Below, one piece after another: positions 55,561-64,000 of a DNA stretch of 64,000 bases. The stretch covers positions 9,342-73,341 of the forward strand of contig CAKZUM010000221.1 in the NCBI GenBank assembly GCA_937921525.1, written 5' to 3'. The stretch is from an uncultured Saprospiraceae bacterium. GTDB taxonomy: Bacteria; Bacteroidota; Bacteroidia; Chitinophagales; Saprospiraceae. A program made the translations under genes and the position numbers. The stretch's first letter is position 1. Each line of letters starts with the position of its first letter. Under the pieces are notes generated by a model that saw only the letters and a list, made by a program, of their open reading frames with translations, was not told where the DNA came from and ran no database searches.

Positions 55561-55685
55561 CCTCCCAATTCTCTCCAAAATCACCTACTACCTTTACCTT
55601 TTCAAAATAATAATAAACTTCCACTACTCCACGCAGCGTTTTGGCAAAATGTCTACGTATAAACTATTATAGACCTTCATTAGGC
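55561..55685 (+). repeat. 125-bp direct repeat, copy 2 (upstream of the second ECF sigma gene)
   Basis: See copy 1. Confidence 0.85.
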
Positions 55686-55733
55686 GAAGAATCGGACAAT
55701 TTTGAGCCTAATGAAGCAGAACCAACTATCTTA

Positions 55734-56297
55734 ATGAAAAGGGATACCATTAATATTCAGCTTCTTATACAAGGTTGTAAACAGAATAACCGCAATAGCC
55801 AAAGACGGCTTTTTGAGCATTTCGCTGGATATGCACTAAGTATTTGTCTGCGCTATACTAAAAACAGGGCAGAAGCAGAGGAAATTATCAATACTGGATT
55901 TCTTAAAATATTCAATCATATTGACCAATATGATTCCACTTTTCCATTTCGAGTTTGGTTACGACGGATAATGATTAATGCAGCTATTGATTACCACAGA
56001 GCGAACAAGGCTTCTTTTACGCTATTGGAGTTACGGCCAGAAATGGAAGTTGCTATAGAGGAATTACCTTTACCGATGCTTTCCCCTGAAGAAGATGTGT
56101 TGCCTATATTACAACAACTTCCAGAGGCTTATCGAATAGTGTTTAATTTGTATGTCCTAGAAGAATATAAGCATAAAGAAATCGCTAAACTATTAGGTAT
56201 TACGGAAAGTACGTCTCGATCCAATTTAGCAAGAGCTAAAGAAAAATTGAGAACTTTGATGCTAAAAAAAGATAAAACCAGATTTGTTAAAGGATAA
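55734..56297 (+). CDS. ECF-type RNA polymerase sigma factor (paralog of 41974-42528)
   Basis: Regions 2 and 4 (FRVWLRRIMINAAIDYHR; YRIVFNLYVLEEYKHKEIAKLLGITESTSRSNLARAKEKL). The start is taken at the Met that aligns with the paralog. The ORF-track start at 55641 runs into the 125-bp repeat. Confidence 0.85.
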   Translation: MKRDTINIQLLIQGCKQNNRNSQRRLFEHFAGYALSICLRYTKNRAEAEEIINTGFLKIFNHIDQYDSTFPFRVWLRRIMINAAIDYHRANKASFTLLELRPEMEVAIEELPLPMLSPEEDVLPILQQLPEAYRIVFNLYVLEEYKHKEIAKLLGITESTSRSNLARAKEKLRTLMLKKDKTRFVKG

Positions 56298-56327
56298 ACT
56301 ACTTTGATAAATCTTACTTATAAAAAA

Positions 56328-57638
56328 ATGTTCATGGAGGATTTTTACAAACAATTCAAGGAAAATTTAGAAAATCGAGAAGAACCAGTCGTAGAGAACA
56401 AGTTATGGGAGAAACTAGAAAAAGACCTAAACCACCAAGAAAAATCTCTACCTAAAAGTGGGTTTGCTAATTGGGGGGCACTTGGTCTACTCTTATTACT
56501 GCTACTAGGATCTAATATTTATTCGATTTTAGAGATGAAAAAAGCCAATAAAAAAATGGCTACCTTAGAACAAAGAACAGATACTATCTTTCAAACAAAA
56601 ATAGTGTATCAGATAGATACTGTTTTCCAAACTGTAACTAAACGAGAAGAAGTGATCCGATATAGAACAGCTACTTTTTCAAAAAATGATTTAGTGCTAC
56701 CTGCTTCTTTTTCTACAACTACCTCTACTCCTCTAGTCGTATCAAAAAATAGAGGTCTTGTAAATAATACGCGTAATTTATTAGATAATACCATTACTTC
56801 TACTGCTTTATTTTCTGCCTATTTGCAAGAACAGCAGTTAATTAATTATAGCGATAATAAGGTAACTAATACAGCAATTACGGCCTCCCCTGAAATTTCA
56901 ACTAATTTTAGTATTTCTTCTCCCATAAGTACGATTGCTCCAAGTGTCATTGACTATGTGCCCAATACATTAAGAGCGCTGGACATTCCAGCTTTAGTTA
57001 TTACACCACGAAAAAAAACAATTGCGCAACGTATATATCCAATGCAACCTAAAGGATTTAGTATAGGCGCAGTTGCAGGCACCTTACTTCCATTAGGGAA
57101 AGAATTATCCTCCAAATTTAGTTATTCGGCAGGTTTAGAAGCAACCATTGAATTTTCGCCTTCCTTACAACTTTGGGCGTCTGCCTCTTTTCTAAATCTT
57201 AGTTTTGAAACAGAGCAATTTAATGAGACCGTAGGCATTCCTTCTACTTTACCGCCTTCAGATGATTTTGAATTTCAACAAGCCAATACAATACAGCCCT
57301 CTTTGCAGTATTCTTTAGGGATGCAATATACTTTTAATGCACAAAAGAGATGGCAACCACTAGTTGGGATAGGCTATGCCGCCATGCAATTACTACCGTA
57401 TGAAGTATACTATGAATTTGAAATACCTGATCAGGATATTAAGTGGGTCGTTGATGAAGAGCTAGATTCAGATGAATTAGTTAACGGCTTATTGTTATTA
57501 AAAGGAGGGATTAATTTCAACGTATCCAAACATTGGAATTGGAAAGTACAAGCCATCTATCGAAATCAATTGAAGGGGGAAGGTTTGCAGTCTCCCAGCA
57601 TCTTAGGTTTGCAAAGTGGAATAAGCTATAAGTTTTAA
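56328..57638 (+). CDS. Sigma-partner protein with one TM helix and C-terminal beta-barrel-like domain (paralog of 42528-43817)
   Basis: LWEKLEKDL motif, TM helix WGALGLLLLLLLGSNIY, shared TIFQTKIVYQ-type segment, and a C-terminus ending ...GISYKF. Confidence 0.7.
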   Translation: MFMEDFYKQFKENLENREEPVVENKLWEKLEKDLNHQEKSLPKSGFANWGALGLLLLLLLGSNIYSILEMKKANKKMATLEQRTDTIFQTKIVYQIDTVFQTVTKREEVIRYRTATFSKNDLVLPASFSTTTSTPLVVSKNRGLVNNTRNLLDNTITSTALFSAYLQEQQLINYSDNKVTNTAITASPEISTNFSISSPISTIAPSVIDYVPNTLRALDIPALVITPRKKTIAQRIYPMQPKGFSIGAVAGTLLPLGKELSSKFSYSAGLEATIEFSPSLQLWASASFLNLSFETEQFNETVGIPSTLPPSDDFEFQQANTIQPSLQYSLGMQYTFNAQKRWQPLVGIGYAAMQLLPYEVYYEFEIPDQDIKWVVDEELDSDELVNGLLLLKGGINFNVSKHWNWKVQAIYRNQLKGEGLQSPSILGLQSGISYKF

Positions 57639-57724
57639 TGAAAAAGACGCAGCGTTTGTAAAAGAAACTGTCGTATAGAGAAGTGTGTAGCGGAATGTAT
57701 TTGCCAAGCACAAAAAATAAAAAA

Positions 57725-58618
57725 ATGAGAAAATATTCTATTCTAACAGCAAGCCTTATTATCAGTTTAGTAGCTTGTTCTAAATCCGATAGGGTAATCC
57801 CCTCTTTACCAATTAGCAATAACGCTTTATCTGATATTACAGCATTACCTACTATACTAAAAGAAAGTTCTGGTATTGAGCTGGCAAGCAATGATACTTA
57901 TTGGTCACATAATGATGCTGGCAATAAAGCGAGTATATATAACTTTGATAAACAGGGACAATTGATAAGCACCCTAAAGATTAAAGATACAGACAATGAA
58001 GATTGGGAAGATATGACGCAGGACGAAGCAGGTAATTTGTACGTTGGAGATTTTGGAAATAATGATAATGACCGAAAAGATTTAGCTATTATCAAATTAT
58101 CAAAACAAGATTTAAGTAAAAATAACAGTACTATTACAGGGCAACGTATTAGTTTTAATTTAGAAGATCAAAACGCTTTTCCTCCTGACAAAACGGTCCG
58201 AAACTTTGATATTGAAGCAATGTTTAGTAAAGACAATTTTCTTTATTTATTTACAAAAGACCGTACTAAGCCATTTAAAGGTAGTACTAAATTATATCGT
58301 TTGCCCAATACAGCAGGCAATCATACTGCTTCTTTATCAGCAGAATTGAAGACAGATACATCGGAAAAAATTGGCCGAATTACTGCAGCAGATATTAGCC
58401 CTGATGGTGCAACGGTTGTATTATTAGCTAACGAGGCGATCTGGGTATTAACTCAGTTTTCTAGTGACAAATTCTTTGATGGAACTGTACAACGTATTGA
58501 TTTGCCTGTTAATGTACAGATGGAAGCTATTGTTTTTCAAGATAATTGTACGCTTTATTTAACCAATGAAAAAGAATCCAAACAAGATGCTCGGCTTTTT
58601 GAATTAAAAATTTGTTGA
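57725..58618 (+). CDS. Beta-propeller-type lipoprotein (SdiA-regulated/phytase-like family, tentative)
   Basis: Lipobox (SLVAC). Motifs SGIE...HNDAGN and EDWEDMTQDEAGNLYVGDFGNN. Confidence 0.6.
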   Translation: MRKYSILTASLIISLVACSKSDRVIPSLPISNNALSDITALPTILKESSGIELASNDTYWSHNDAGNKASIYNFDKQGQLISTLKIKDTDNEDWEDMTQDEAGNLYVGDFGNNDNDRKDLAIIKLSKQDLSKNNSTITGQRISFNLEDQNAFPPDKTVRNFDIEAMFSKDNFLYLFTKDRTKPFKGSTKLYRLPNTAGNHTASLSAELKTDTSEKIGRITAADISPDGATVVLLANEAIWVLTQFSSDKFFDGTVQRIDLPVNVQMEAIVFQDNCTLYLTNEKESKQDARLFELKIC

Positions 58619-58639
58619 TAAAAAATAAACTTGTTCGGG

Positions 58640-58677
58640 AATAATAACTATACATTCTATGTATAGTTATTATTTTT
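58640..58677 (+). terminator. Rho-independent-type terminator (16-bp perfect stem, 3-nt loop, T-rich tail)
   Basis: AATAATAACTATACAT-TCT-ATGTATAGTTATTATT followed by TTT. Lies 22 nt after the stop at 58618. Confidence 0.7.
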
Positions 58678-58857
58678 GAGCAATATCTAATGATACTATA
58701 ATAATTCTTCTACTAAGGCTAATTAACTAAATTTTTTCCTTCTACCTAAAGCTAAAATAGCCATTTCAAAAAAAAATCTTGCTTTTTTCAACCAGTACAC
58801 CTTATAAGTGTGGCTAGCAGATAATGCCCATACTTAAACGGGTAGTTTATCGCCACG

Positions 58858-59013
58858 ATGAAAGATGAAATTTGTAATCAACAGCTAGATAGGTTGATTC
58901 ATAAAGTATTGAGTGTACCATCAACTAAGGTTGAACAAACTGAAATAGAGGCAGCTTGGAAAAAATTGAGTAAACAGATAAATGCTTGGGAAGGAACAAA
59001 ACATATTCTTTAA
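58858..59013 (+). CDS. Possible small ORF (51 aa) resembling the N-terminal segment of the sigma-partner proteins
   Basis: Translated by hand: MKDEICNQQLDRLIHKVLSVPSTKVEQTEIEAAWKKLSKQINAWEGTKHIL*. It shares the E..W.KL.K.I..WE pattern with 59549-59761. It is below the ORF-track length cutoff. Confidence 0.3.
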   Translation: MKDEICNQQLDRLIHKVLSVPSTKVEQTEIEAAWKKLSKQINAWEGTKHIL

Positions 59014-59036
59014 AAAAAGAAAGTCAAAAATAAATA

Positions 59037-59444
59037 ATGAATAGAAAAGATTTTTTATCAAAGATAGGCATTGGTGCTGCTTTTACCTTAACGGCAACGT
59101 GTTTAGGTGCTTGTGCTAAAGAAGATTTCAGACCTACTGAAGCTGTTGATTTTACACTTGATTTAGATAATTCAAGTAATGTAGCATTAAAAAATAATGG
59201 TGGATATATAATTCAAAACAGAGTGGTAGTAGCTCGCAATGAAGATGGGAATTATGTAGCAGCGACCCAACAATCTAGCCATGAAGGTACGAAAGCAATC
59301 ATACTCAAAAATAATGAATGGTTTTGTACAGATCATGATGCCCGTTTTGATTTGAGCGGTGCTGGCTTGAATGATGTTGGTAAAAAAGGATTAACGATTT
59401 ATAAAACTGATTTATCTGGAAATACGCTGCGAATATATTCTTAA
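59037..59444 (+). CDS. Rieske-fold-like lipoprotein with degenerate cluster-binding box I
   Basis: Tat-like/lipoprotein N-terminus (NRKDFLSKIG...LGAC). Box II is CTDHDARFD, but box I reads SSHEGT instead of C-x-H-x-G-C. Confidence 0.6.
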   Translation: MNRKDFLSKIGIGAAFTLTATCLGACAKEDFRPTEAVDFTLDLDNSSNVALKNNGGYIIQNRVVVARNEDGNYVAATQQSSHEGTKAIILKNNEWFCTDHDARFDLSGAGLNDVGKKGLTIYKTDLSGNTLRIYS

Positions 59445-59548
59445 AAATAATTCAGCACTACGCAGCGATATATAACTACTTTCTCGTATCTATTAGTAAC
59501 AAGTGGCTACTATTCAATTTAATCAATATACCATGCCTGATTAATCTG

Positions 59549-59761
59549 ATGGTCATGAAAAGAACACTAGAAGAGCAAGAATTTGAAAAATACTTGCAAT
59601 ATATTTTAGTGGAGGAAGCTCCAATTATTTCAGAAGAAGAAATTCAAACAAGCTGGGAAAAAATTACAAAAAGAATTGCAGTTTGGGAAGAATTACAAAA
59701 AAATCCGCTAAAAGGAAATCATCAAAGTGATTATAAAATATCTCCTAGCGGTAAAAATTAA
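59549..59761 (+). CDS. Possible small protein (70 aa), paralog of 58858-59013
   Basis: ORF. EEIQTSWEKITKRIAVWEE parallels TEIEAAWKKLSKQINAWEG. Confidence 0.35.
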   Translation: MVMKRTLEEQEFEKYLQYILVEEAPIISEEEIQTSWEKITKRIAVWEELQKNPLKGNHQSDYKISPSGKN

Positions 59762-59922
59762 AAATTTTATTTAAAAAAAAACAGGCATTGGTTGCCCCTT
59801 TGCCCTAGACTTCTTTTGTCTCAAAAGAAGCGGGCAAAGGAGCTAATGCATAATTTACGATTAATGAAAAGAACTATTTACATTTTTTTAACTATTAATT
59901 TTCTAACTAAAAAAATGTTCTT

Positions 59923-61011
59923 ATGAATCAACGATTGTTGTTATCCCTTTTAGTATTCGCTAGTTTCTCTGCAATAGTATCTTGCACAAAAAATGCAGCA
60001 CTAAACAGTACTAATAATGTATCCCCTAGTACTAGTACCTTTAATAGTACTAATCCATCAAATACTGGAGGAAACTGCCTTATAACAGGACAAGAAATAT
60101 CCAAAGATAGTTTACCTGCTGTTATTACGAATTACTTACAGAACAATCTACCGAATGAAAAAATAGATGACGCAGAATTGTATAATGATAATGGTGTCAT
60201 TACTTACGAAGTAGAACTAAAGAATGAGACCATACTAATTTTGGATGCTACTGGGAATTTGTTGGCGCAAGGACAAGAAACAGAATTGATGCCTGCTGAT
60301 ATTCCACAAGTAATCAAGGATTTAATTGCTACGGATTACTCTGCTGAAACAATTGAAGAAGCTAAAAAAGAATGGACCTACCAAGGACAAGAAGTGATTA
60401 ATGTGGAGCTGGCTAGTGAGTTGAATCTACTTTTTGATTTGAATGGCAACTTACTTTGTTCTGAACAAGATCTCACCGACAGCAATGACCATAATGGTAC
60501 TCCCGATTCAGATACGGACGAGACTATCGATACCGATAGTGATGCGGATGATGGTACAGATACCGATAGTGATGCGGATGAAGATGATGGGATAGATACA
60601 GATATAGCAATTCCTGCGGAAATAAAAGTACTTGTAGAAGGATATTTAGCCACTAATTTCCCTGGTTATACGCTTAAAGAAGCAGAACTAGACAGTCTTT
60701 GTAATGGAACACCTGCAGTAGTAGCAACCTTAAAAGATGCGAATGGTCTGTCTTTGGATGCTTATTTTGCACTAGACATAAACATTACTTTGTTGCAAAC
60801 TTCTACCAAAATATTATCGACTAATTTACCTGTCGCTGTCACGGATGCTATTAATACTGCATATCCAAATCTACTACTTGAAGCAGATGCTAGACAAATA
60901 GAATTACCAGATGGAAATTTACAATACGAAGTAGAAGTAGAAAACACGACGAATAATACAGAACGAACGCTTATTCTTTCAGCCGACGGAACGGTCGTTT
61001 GCGAAGAATAA
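59923..61011 (+). CDS. PepSY-like lipoprotein (three modules) with internal acidic D/T/S repeat region
   Basis: Lipobox (AIVSC). Modules LPAVITNYLQNNLPNEKIDDAELYNDNGVITYEVELKN, IPQVIKDLIATDYSAETIEEAKKE... and LPVAVTDAINTAYPNLLLEADARQIELPDGNLQYEVEVEN. The 30-nt unit GATACCGATAGTGATGCGGATGA occurs twice. Confidence 0.8.
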   Translation: MNQRLLLSLLVFASFSAIVSCTKNAALNSTNNVSPSTSTFNSTNPSNTGGNCLITGQEISKDSLPAVITNYLQNNLPNEKIDDAELYNDNGVITYEVELKNETILILDATGNLLAQGQETELMPADIPQVIKDLIATDYSAETIEEAKKEWTYQGQEVINVELASELNLLFDLNGNLLCSEQDLTDSNDHNGTPDSDTDETIDTDSDADDGTDTDSDADEDDGIDTDIAIPAEIKVLVEGYLATNFPGYTLKEAELDSLCNGTPAVVATLKDANGLSLDAYFALDINITLLQTSTKILSTNLPVAVTDAINTAYPNLLLEADARQIELPDGNLQYEVEVENTTNNTERTLILSADGTVVCEE

Positions 61012-61141
61012 AAGAAATTGTTTTCATTTGGTTTTATAGGGTTTTACAGGAGCGGTAGACCTACCGCTCCTTCCCAAAAAAAGAAAACTTTATACGAGTT
61101 TAACTTCATAGCAAAACCAACATCCAGTAAAAACCCTTTAA

Positions 61142-62602
61142 ATGAACTATCTGAAGAGAAAGGTTTGGCTGCTATTGCCACTCTTTTTGACCCTCACTAC
61201 CTATGCCCTATTCAACGAAAATTTCAATATCTATTACGAAGATGACAGTTGGACGATTTCCAATGTATGGAATTATCAGCAACTTGGGATAGAAGAAGAT
61301 TTGATTTTTTTGGAAGCCGACGCACCAGGCAGAGAACATATATTTAGTAAATTATACAATCTAATTTGTGGCAATTTTTTGAGTGTACTTGGCTGGACAA
61401 AAGGGAATGTGTTCTTACTGAATAGCTTATTCATTTTTATGGCGGCAATCGTCTGGTGGTTTATTTTACAGCAATTACCCGTTTCCAAAAAAACAGCTAG
61501 TATCGTTGCGATGCTATTACCTATATTTCCCCCTTTTTTTTTCGCCGCCCATACTGGTAGACCTGATGCGATGACCTTTTTGTTAGTGTCTTTGATGTTT
61601 TTAGCTTTTATTAAAAACCGATATATAATAGCTGCCTTTTTGCTCGTCATGGCGATAGAAACCCATATTATGGGATTGATTGGTTTGTTTTACATGCTTG
61701 CTTATTTCCTTTATCAACGAAAAGAATACATGCACAACTCCAAAAAACTAGGTCAATTGATAAGTAGCAGTTTGCTTGGTGGTCTATTAGGTATTGTTTA
61801 TTATCTAAGCTTGCACTGGCATACCTTTTCCCTTCCCGAAATGATTACCTTGGTTAGCAGTAAAGCGGATATGGTGTCTCCTTTGGATAATTATATGCTG
61901 ACCTATTTCACAGATTTTGATTGGAGGTATCACTTGTTAGAGTTTGGATTATTAGTGGTCACTACAACTTTATTCATAAAAAACAAACTCTACAAAAAAA
62001 ATGATTTCGTTACTATTTTCCTACTTGTTTTACTTGTTTCTACGCTACTAACCAGACGGGAAAACAGAAATTATATTATTTATATTTTTCCTGCTATTTT
62101 AATCATGTATTCTTATACTTATGAACAATTAAAAAAGCTCCCGCAATTCTTAGCAGCAACAATTGCTGTATTAGGAATTTATTATGGAAGTATTTTCAAT
62201 GCCAACCGAAGCTACCAATTTCAGGAAATAAGCGCTAAGATAACAGCAGTCATTCAACAGGAAGATATACCTGTAGTAGGCATGCCTGATGTTTGGTTTG
62301 CCGCACAAGAAAGAACCTTCTATCCATTACACACGCATCGGGATTTTAATCGAATAGCCTTAGACGAATTTTTCTTAGTAGAAAGTGATTTTTTAGCCCA
62401 TCGAAACCGTGCCTATCAGCCTTTAATGGACTACTTTTTTAAAAATTATGATAAGGAATTGAAAAGTGAGTGGATTGCTTTTAAGGGGCAACCCATCCGT
62501 ATCTGGAAATTATCAAACAAAAAAGTACCACTTCCTAAGTTTATTAAGCAACCCTATCCTGGCTGGCAAAAAGTAGTCAAGAATTATTTATCTGCTAGAT
62601 AA
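61142..62602 (+). CDS. Polytopic membrane protein (GT-C/ArnT-like glycosyltransferase fold suspected)
   Basis: At least 10 hydrophobic helices in the N-terminal two thirds and a soluble C-terminal domain. The family call is tentative. Confidence 0.55.
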   Translation: MNYLKRKVWLLLPLFLTLTTYALFNENFNIYYEDDSWTISNVWNYQQLGIEEDLIFLEADAPGREHIFSKLYNLICGNFLSVLGWTKGNVFLLNSLFIFMAAIVWWFILQQLPVSKKTASIVAMLLPIFPPFFFAAHTGRPDAMTFLLVSLMFLAFIKNRYIIAAFLLVMAIETHIMGLIGLFYMLAYFLYQRKEYMHNSKKLGQLISSSLLGGLLGIVYYLSLHWHTFSLPEMITLVSSKADMVSPLDNYMLTYFTDFDWRYHLLEFGLLVVTTTLFIKNKLYKKNDFVTIFLLVLLVSTLLTRRENRNYIIYIFPAILIMYSYTYEQLKKLPQFLAATIAVLGIYYGSIFNANRSYQFQEISAKITAVIQQEDIPVVGMPDVWFAAQERTFYPLHTHRDFNRIALDEFFLVESDFLAHRNRAYQPLMDYFFKNYDKELKSEWIAFKGQPIRIWKLSNKKVPLPKFIKQPYPGWQKVVKNYLSAR

Positions 62603-62610
62603 AACCAACG

Positions 62611-64000
62611 ATGAACGATTATTATAAAATGAGATATTACAAAACAAGATACTTATTCCTATGCTTTTTTCTCCTAGCACAACTAGCAATAGGGCAAGAT
62701 CACCTAACTATTAATGGACTCATCACGGATGCTAAAACAGGGGAAACTTTACCATTTGCAACGGTTGTTTTTGTTGGCAACGAATCAGTTGGTACTACTA
62801 CCGATTTTGATGGTATCTATATCTTAGATTCTAAATGGGGAACCGATTCTATTCAAGCTTCTTTTGTGGGCTATCAATCCAAAACATTTGCCATCCAAAA
62901 AGATGTTAAGAAACAGGAAATCAATTTTCAATTAGAAGAAGAAGGATTTACACTTGTCACCGCAGAGGTTAAAGCAAAAAAACAACGTTACCGCCGAAAA
63001 GAAAATCCTGCCGTAGCCTTAATGAAAAAAGTGATTGCGAATAAAGACAACAATCGAATACAAAGCCAAGACTTCTACGAATATGAGAAGTACGAAAAAA
63101 TGGAATTATCCTTGAATAATATTACAGAAGAGTTTCGACAGAAAAAGCAATTAAAAAACTTCCAATTCTTATTTAATTATGTGGACACCTCCGAATTAAA
63201 TGGTAAGCCCTATTTACCTGTCTATATTCGAGAAACGGCATCAGAGGTCTATTATCGCAAAAATCCAGCACATGAAAAAGAGTACCGAAATGGGATAAAA
63301 GTAACCGAGTTTGACCAATGGATCAACACGGATAATATGTCTTTATTGACGGATAGATTATACCAAAAAATTGACATCTATGAAGATAATATTTTTATGA
63401 TGTCCAAGAATTTTATTAGTCCTTTAAGTGATTTTGCAGGGAATGCTTTTTACCGATATTATATCATTGATACGATTCAATACAAAGGAATGGAAGTGAT
63501 TGATCTGGCATTTATGCCTGTCAATAAACAGGATATTGGATTTAAAGGTAGCTTATATATTCTCAATGATGACAGCCATGCGGTAGTGAAAGCAGAATTT
63601 GGAGTGACGAAAGATGCCAATATTAACTGGGTCAATGACTTATTACTAATACAAGAATTTGAACCACAGGATTCCTTTTGGATTTTGACTAGAGATGAAA
63701 TTATTATAGATTTTGCCTTATCGAAAAAAGCGAATGGCTTATTTGGGAAACGGACCGTGATGTACAACAATCACCTTTTCAATAAGGAACGAGATCCTGC
63801 TGTTTATAGAGGTACAGTTGATATAATTGATGCGGATGATGCCTTCAAAAAAACGGATTCCTACTGGACGGATATGCGACAAGAACCGCTTTCAAAAGGA
63901 GAGGCAGGTATTTATGAAATGGCAGATTCCTTACAACATGTTCCTGTCTTTAAGCGAACAATGAATATCCTATCTACCCTACTTACTGGTTATTGGAGTT
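62611..64000 (+). CDS. CarboxypepD_reg-like plus DUF5686 domain protein, 5' part (continues beyond the window)
   Basis: Not in the ORF track because no stop is reached. I translated it by hand in the frame of the ATG at 62611 (alternative 62629). The frame-checked parts (62611-62770 and 63241-63780) contain no stop. Signal peptide, then LTINGLITDAKTGETLPFATVVFVG...DFDGIY (carboxypeptidase-regulatory-like), then DUF5686-like sequence (PAVALMKKVIANKDNN...). Confidence 0.8.
   Translation, partial: MNDYYKMRYYKTRYLFLCFFLLAQLAIGQDHLTINGLITDAKTGETLPFATVVFVGNESVGTTTDFDGIYILDSKWGTDSIQASFVGYQSKTFAIQKDVKKQEINFQLEEEGFTLVTAEVKAKKQRYRRKENPAVALMKKVIANKDNNRIQSQDFYEYEKYEKMELSLNNITEEFRQKKQLKNFQFLFNYVDTSELNGKPYLPVYIRETASEVYYRKNPAHEKEYRNGIKVTEFDQWINTDNMSLLTDRLYQKIDIYEDNIFMMSKNFISPLSDFAGNAFYRYYIIDTIQYKGMEVIDLAFMPVNKQDIGFKGSLYILNDDSHAVVKAEFGVTKDANINWVNDLLLIQEFEPQDSFWILTRDEIIIDFALSKKANGLFGKRTVMYNNHLFNKERDPAVYRGTVDIIDADDAFKKTDSYWTDMRQEPLSKGEAGIYEMADSLQHVPVFKRTMNILSTLLTGYWS

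Noticed and set aside
55641-55733. Upstream start (55641) for the second ECF sigma gene
   Set aside because: The extra 31 residues fall within and just after the 125-bp repeat and have no counterpart in the paralogous sigma. Met at 55734 aligns with the paralog.

Overview
This is an AT-rich bacterial chromosomal segment, roughly mid-30s % GC by eye. The gene families point to Bacteroidota: a DUF5686/CarboxypepD_reg protein, PepSY-like lipoproteins, ECF sigma factors paired with TM/beta-barrel proteins, a CzcA-OMF fusion and a Trx/ApbE/DUF4266/DUF3570 cluster. No species call is possible without a search. All family calls come from motif recall, not from database hits.

Layout:
- (i) 1-6.2 kb holds four unrelated IS elements: IS21 istAB, a compact IS5-like element, an intact ISL3 with perfect IRs and an 8-bp TSD, and an IS4-like transposase.
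- (ii) 6.4-9.9 kb holds a 758-aa ParB-like gene, then a 1.2-kb ORF-free region containing a GC-rich, repeat-bearing, highly self-complementary block.
- (iii) 9.9-30.2 kb is a defence-island-like accessory region. It contains two secreted proteins abutting a type I R-M operon (hsdM-hsdS-[RecB-like PD-(D/E)XK gene]-hsdR-DUF45 peptidase). After that come an orphan AT-rich three-gene cassette (22646-25391), gene remnants and small ORFs, and a two-gene cassette (TM protein plus pentapeptide-repeat protein, 27604-29811) bracketed by ~160-bp direct repeats.
- (iv) 30.2-41.8 kb looks core-like and concerns metal and lipid functions: a VIT transporter, PSD, a CzcB/CzcA-TolC fusion pump and a CusRS-like two-component system, with one AT-rich orphan inserted.
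- (v) 41.9-61 kb is an envelope cluster. It has two paralogous ECF-sigma/beta-barrel pairs, five PepSY-like lipoproteins with poly-Asp tails, an HTTM (gamma-carboxylase-like) plus DCC oxidoreductase pair, and Trx/ApbE/DUF4266/DUF3570. It also has a 125-bp duplicated upstream module and a DUF3570 remnant.
- (vi) 61-64 kb holds a polytopic membrane protein and the 5' part of a DUF5686 gene.

I found no rRNA, tRNA or CRISPR array. The best candidate for an undescribed system is the three-gene cassette at 22646-25391. The next candidates are the repeat-flanked two-gene cassette at 27604-29811 and the nuclease embedded in the R-M operon.
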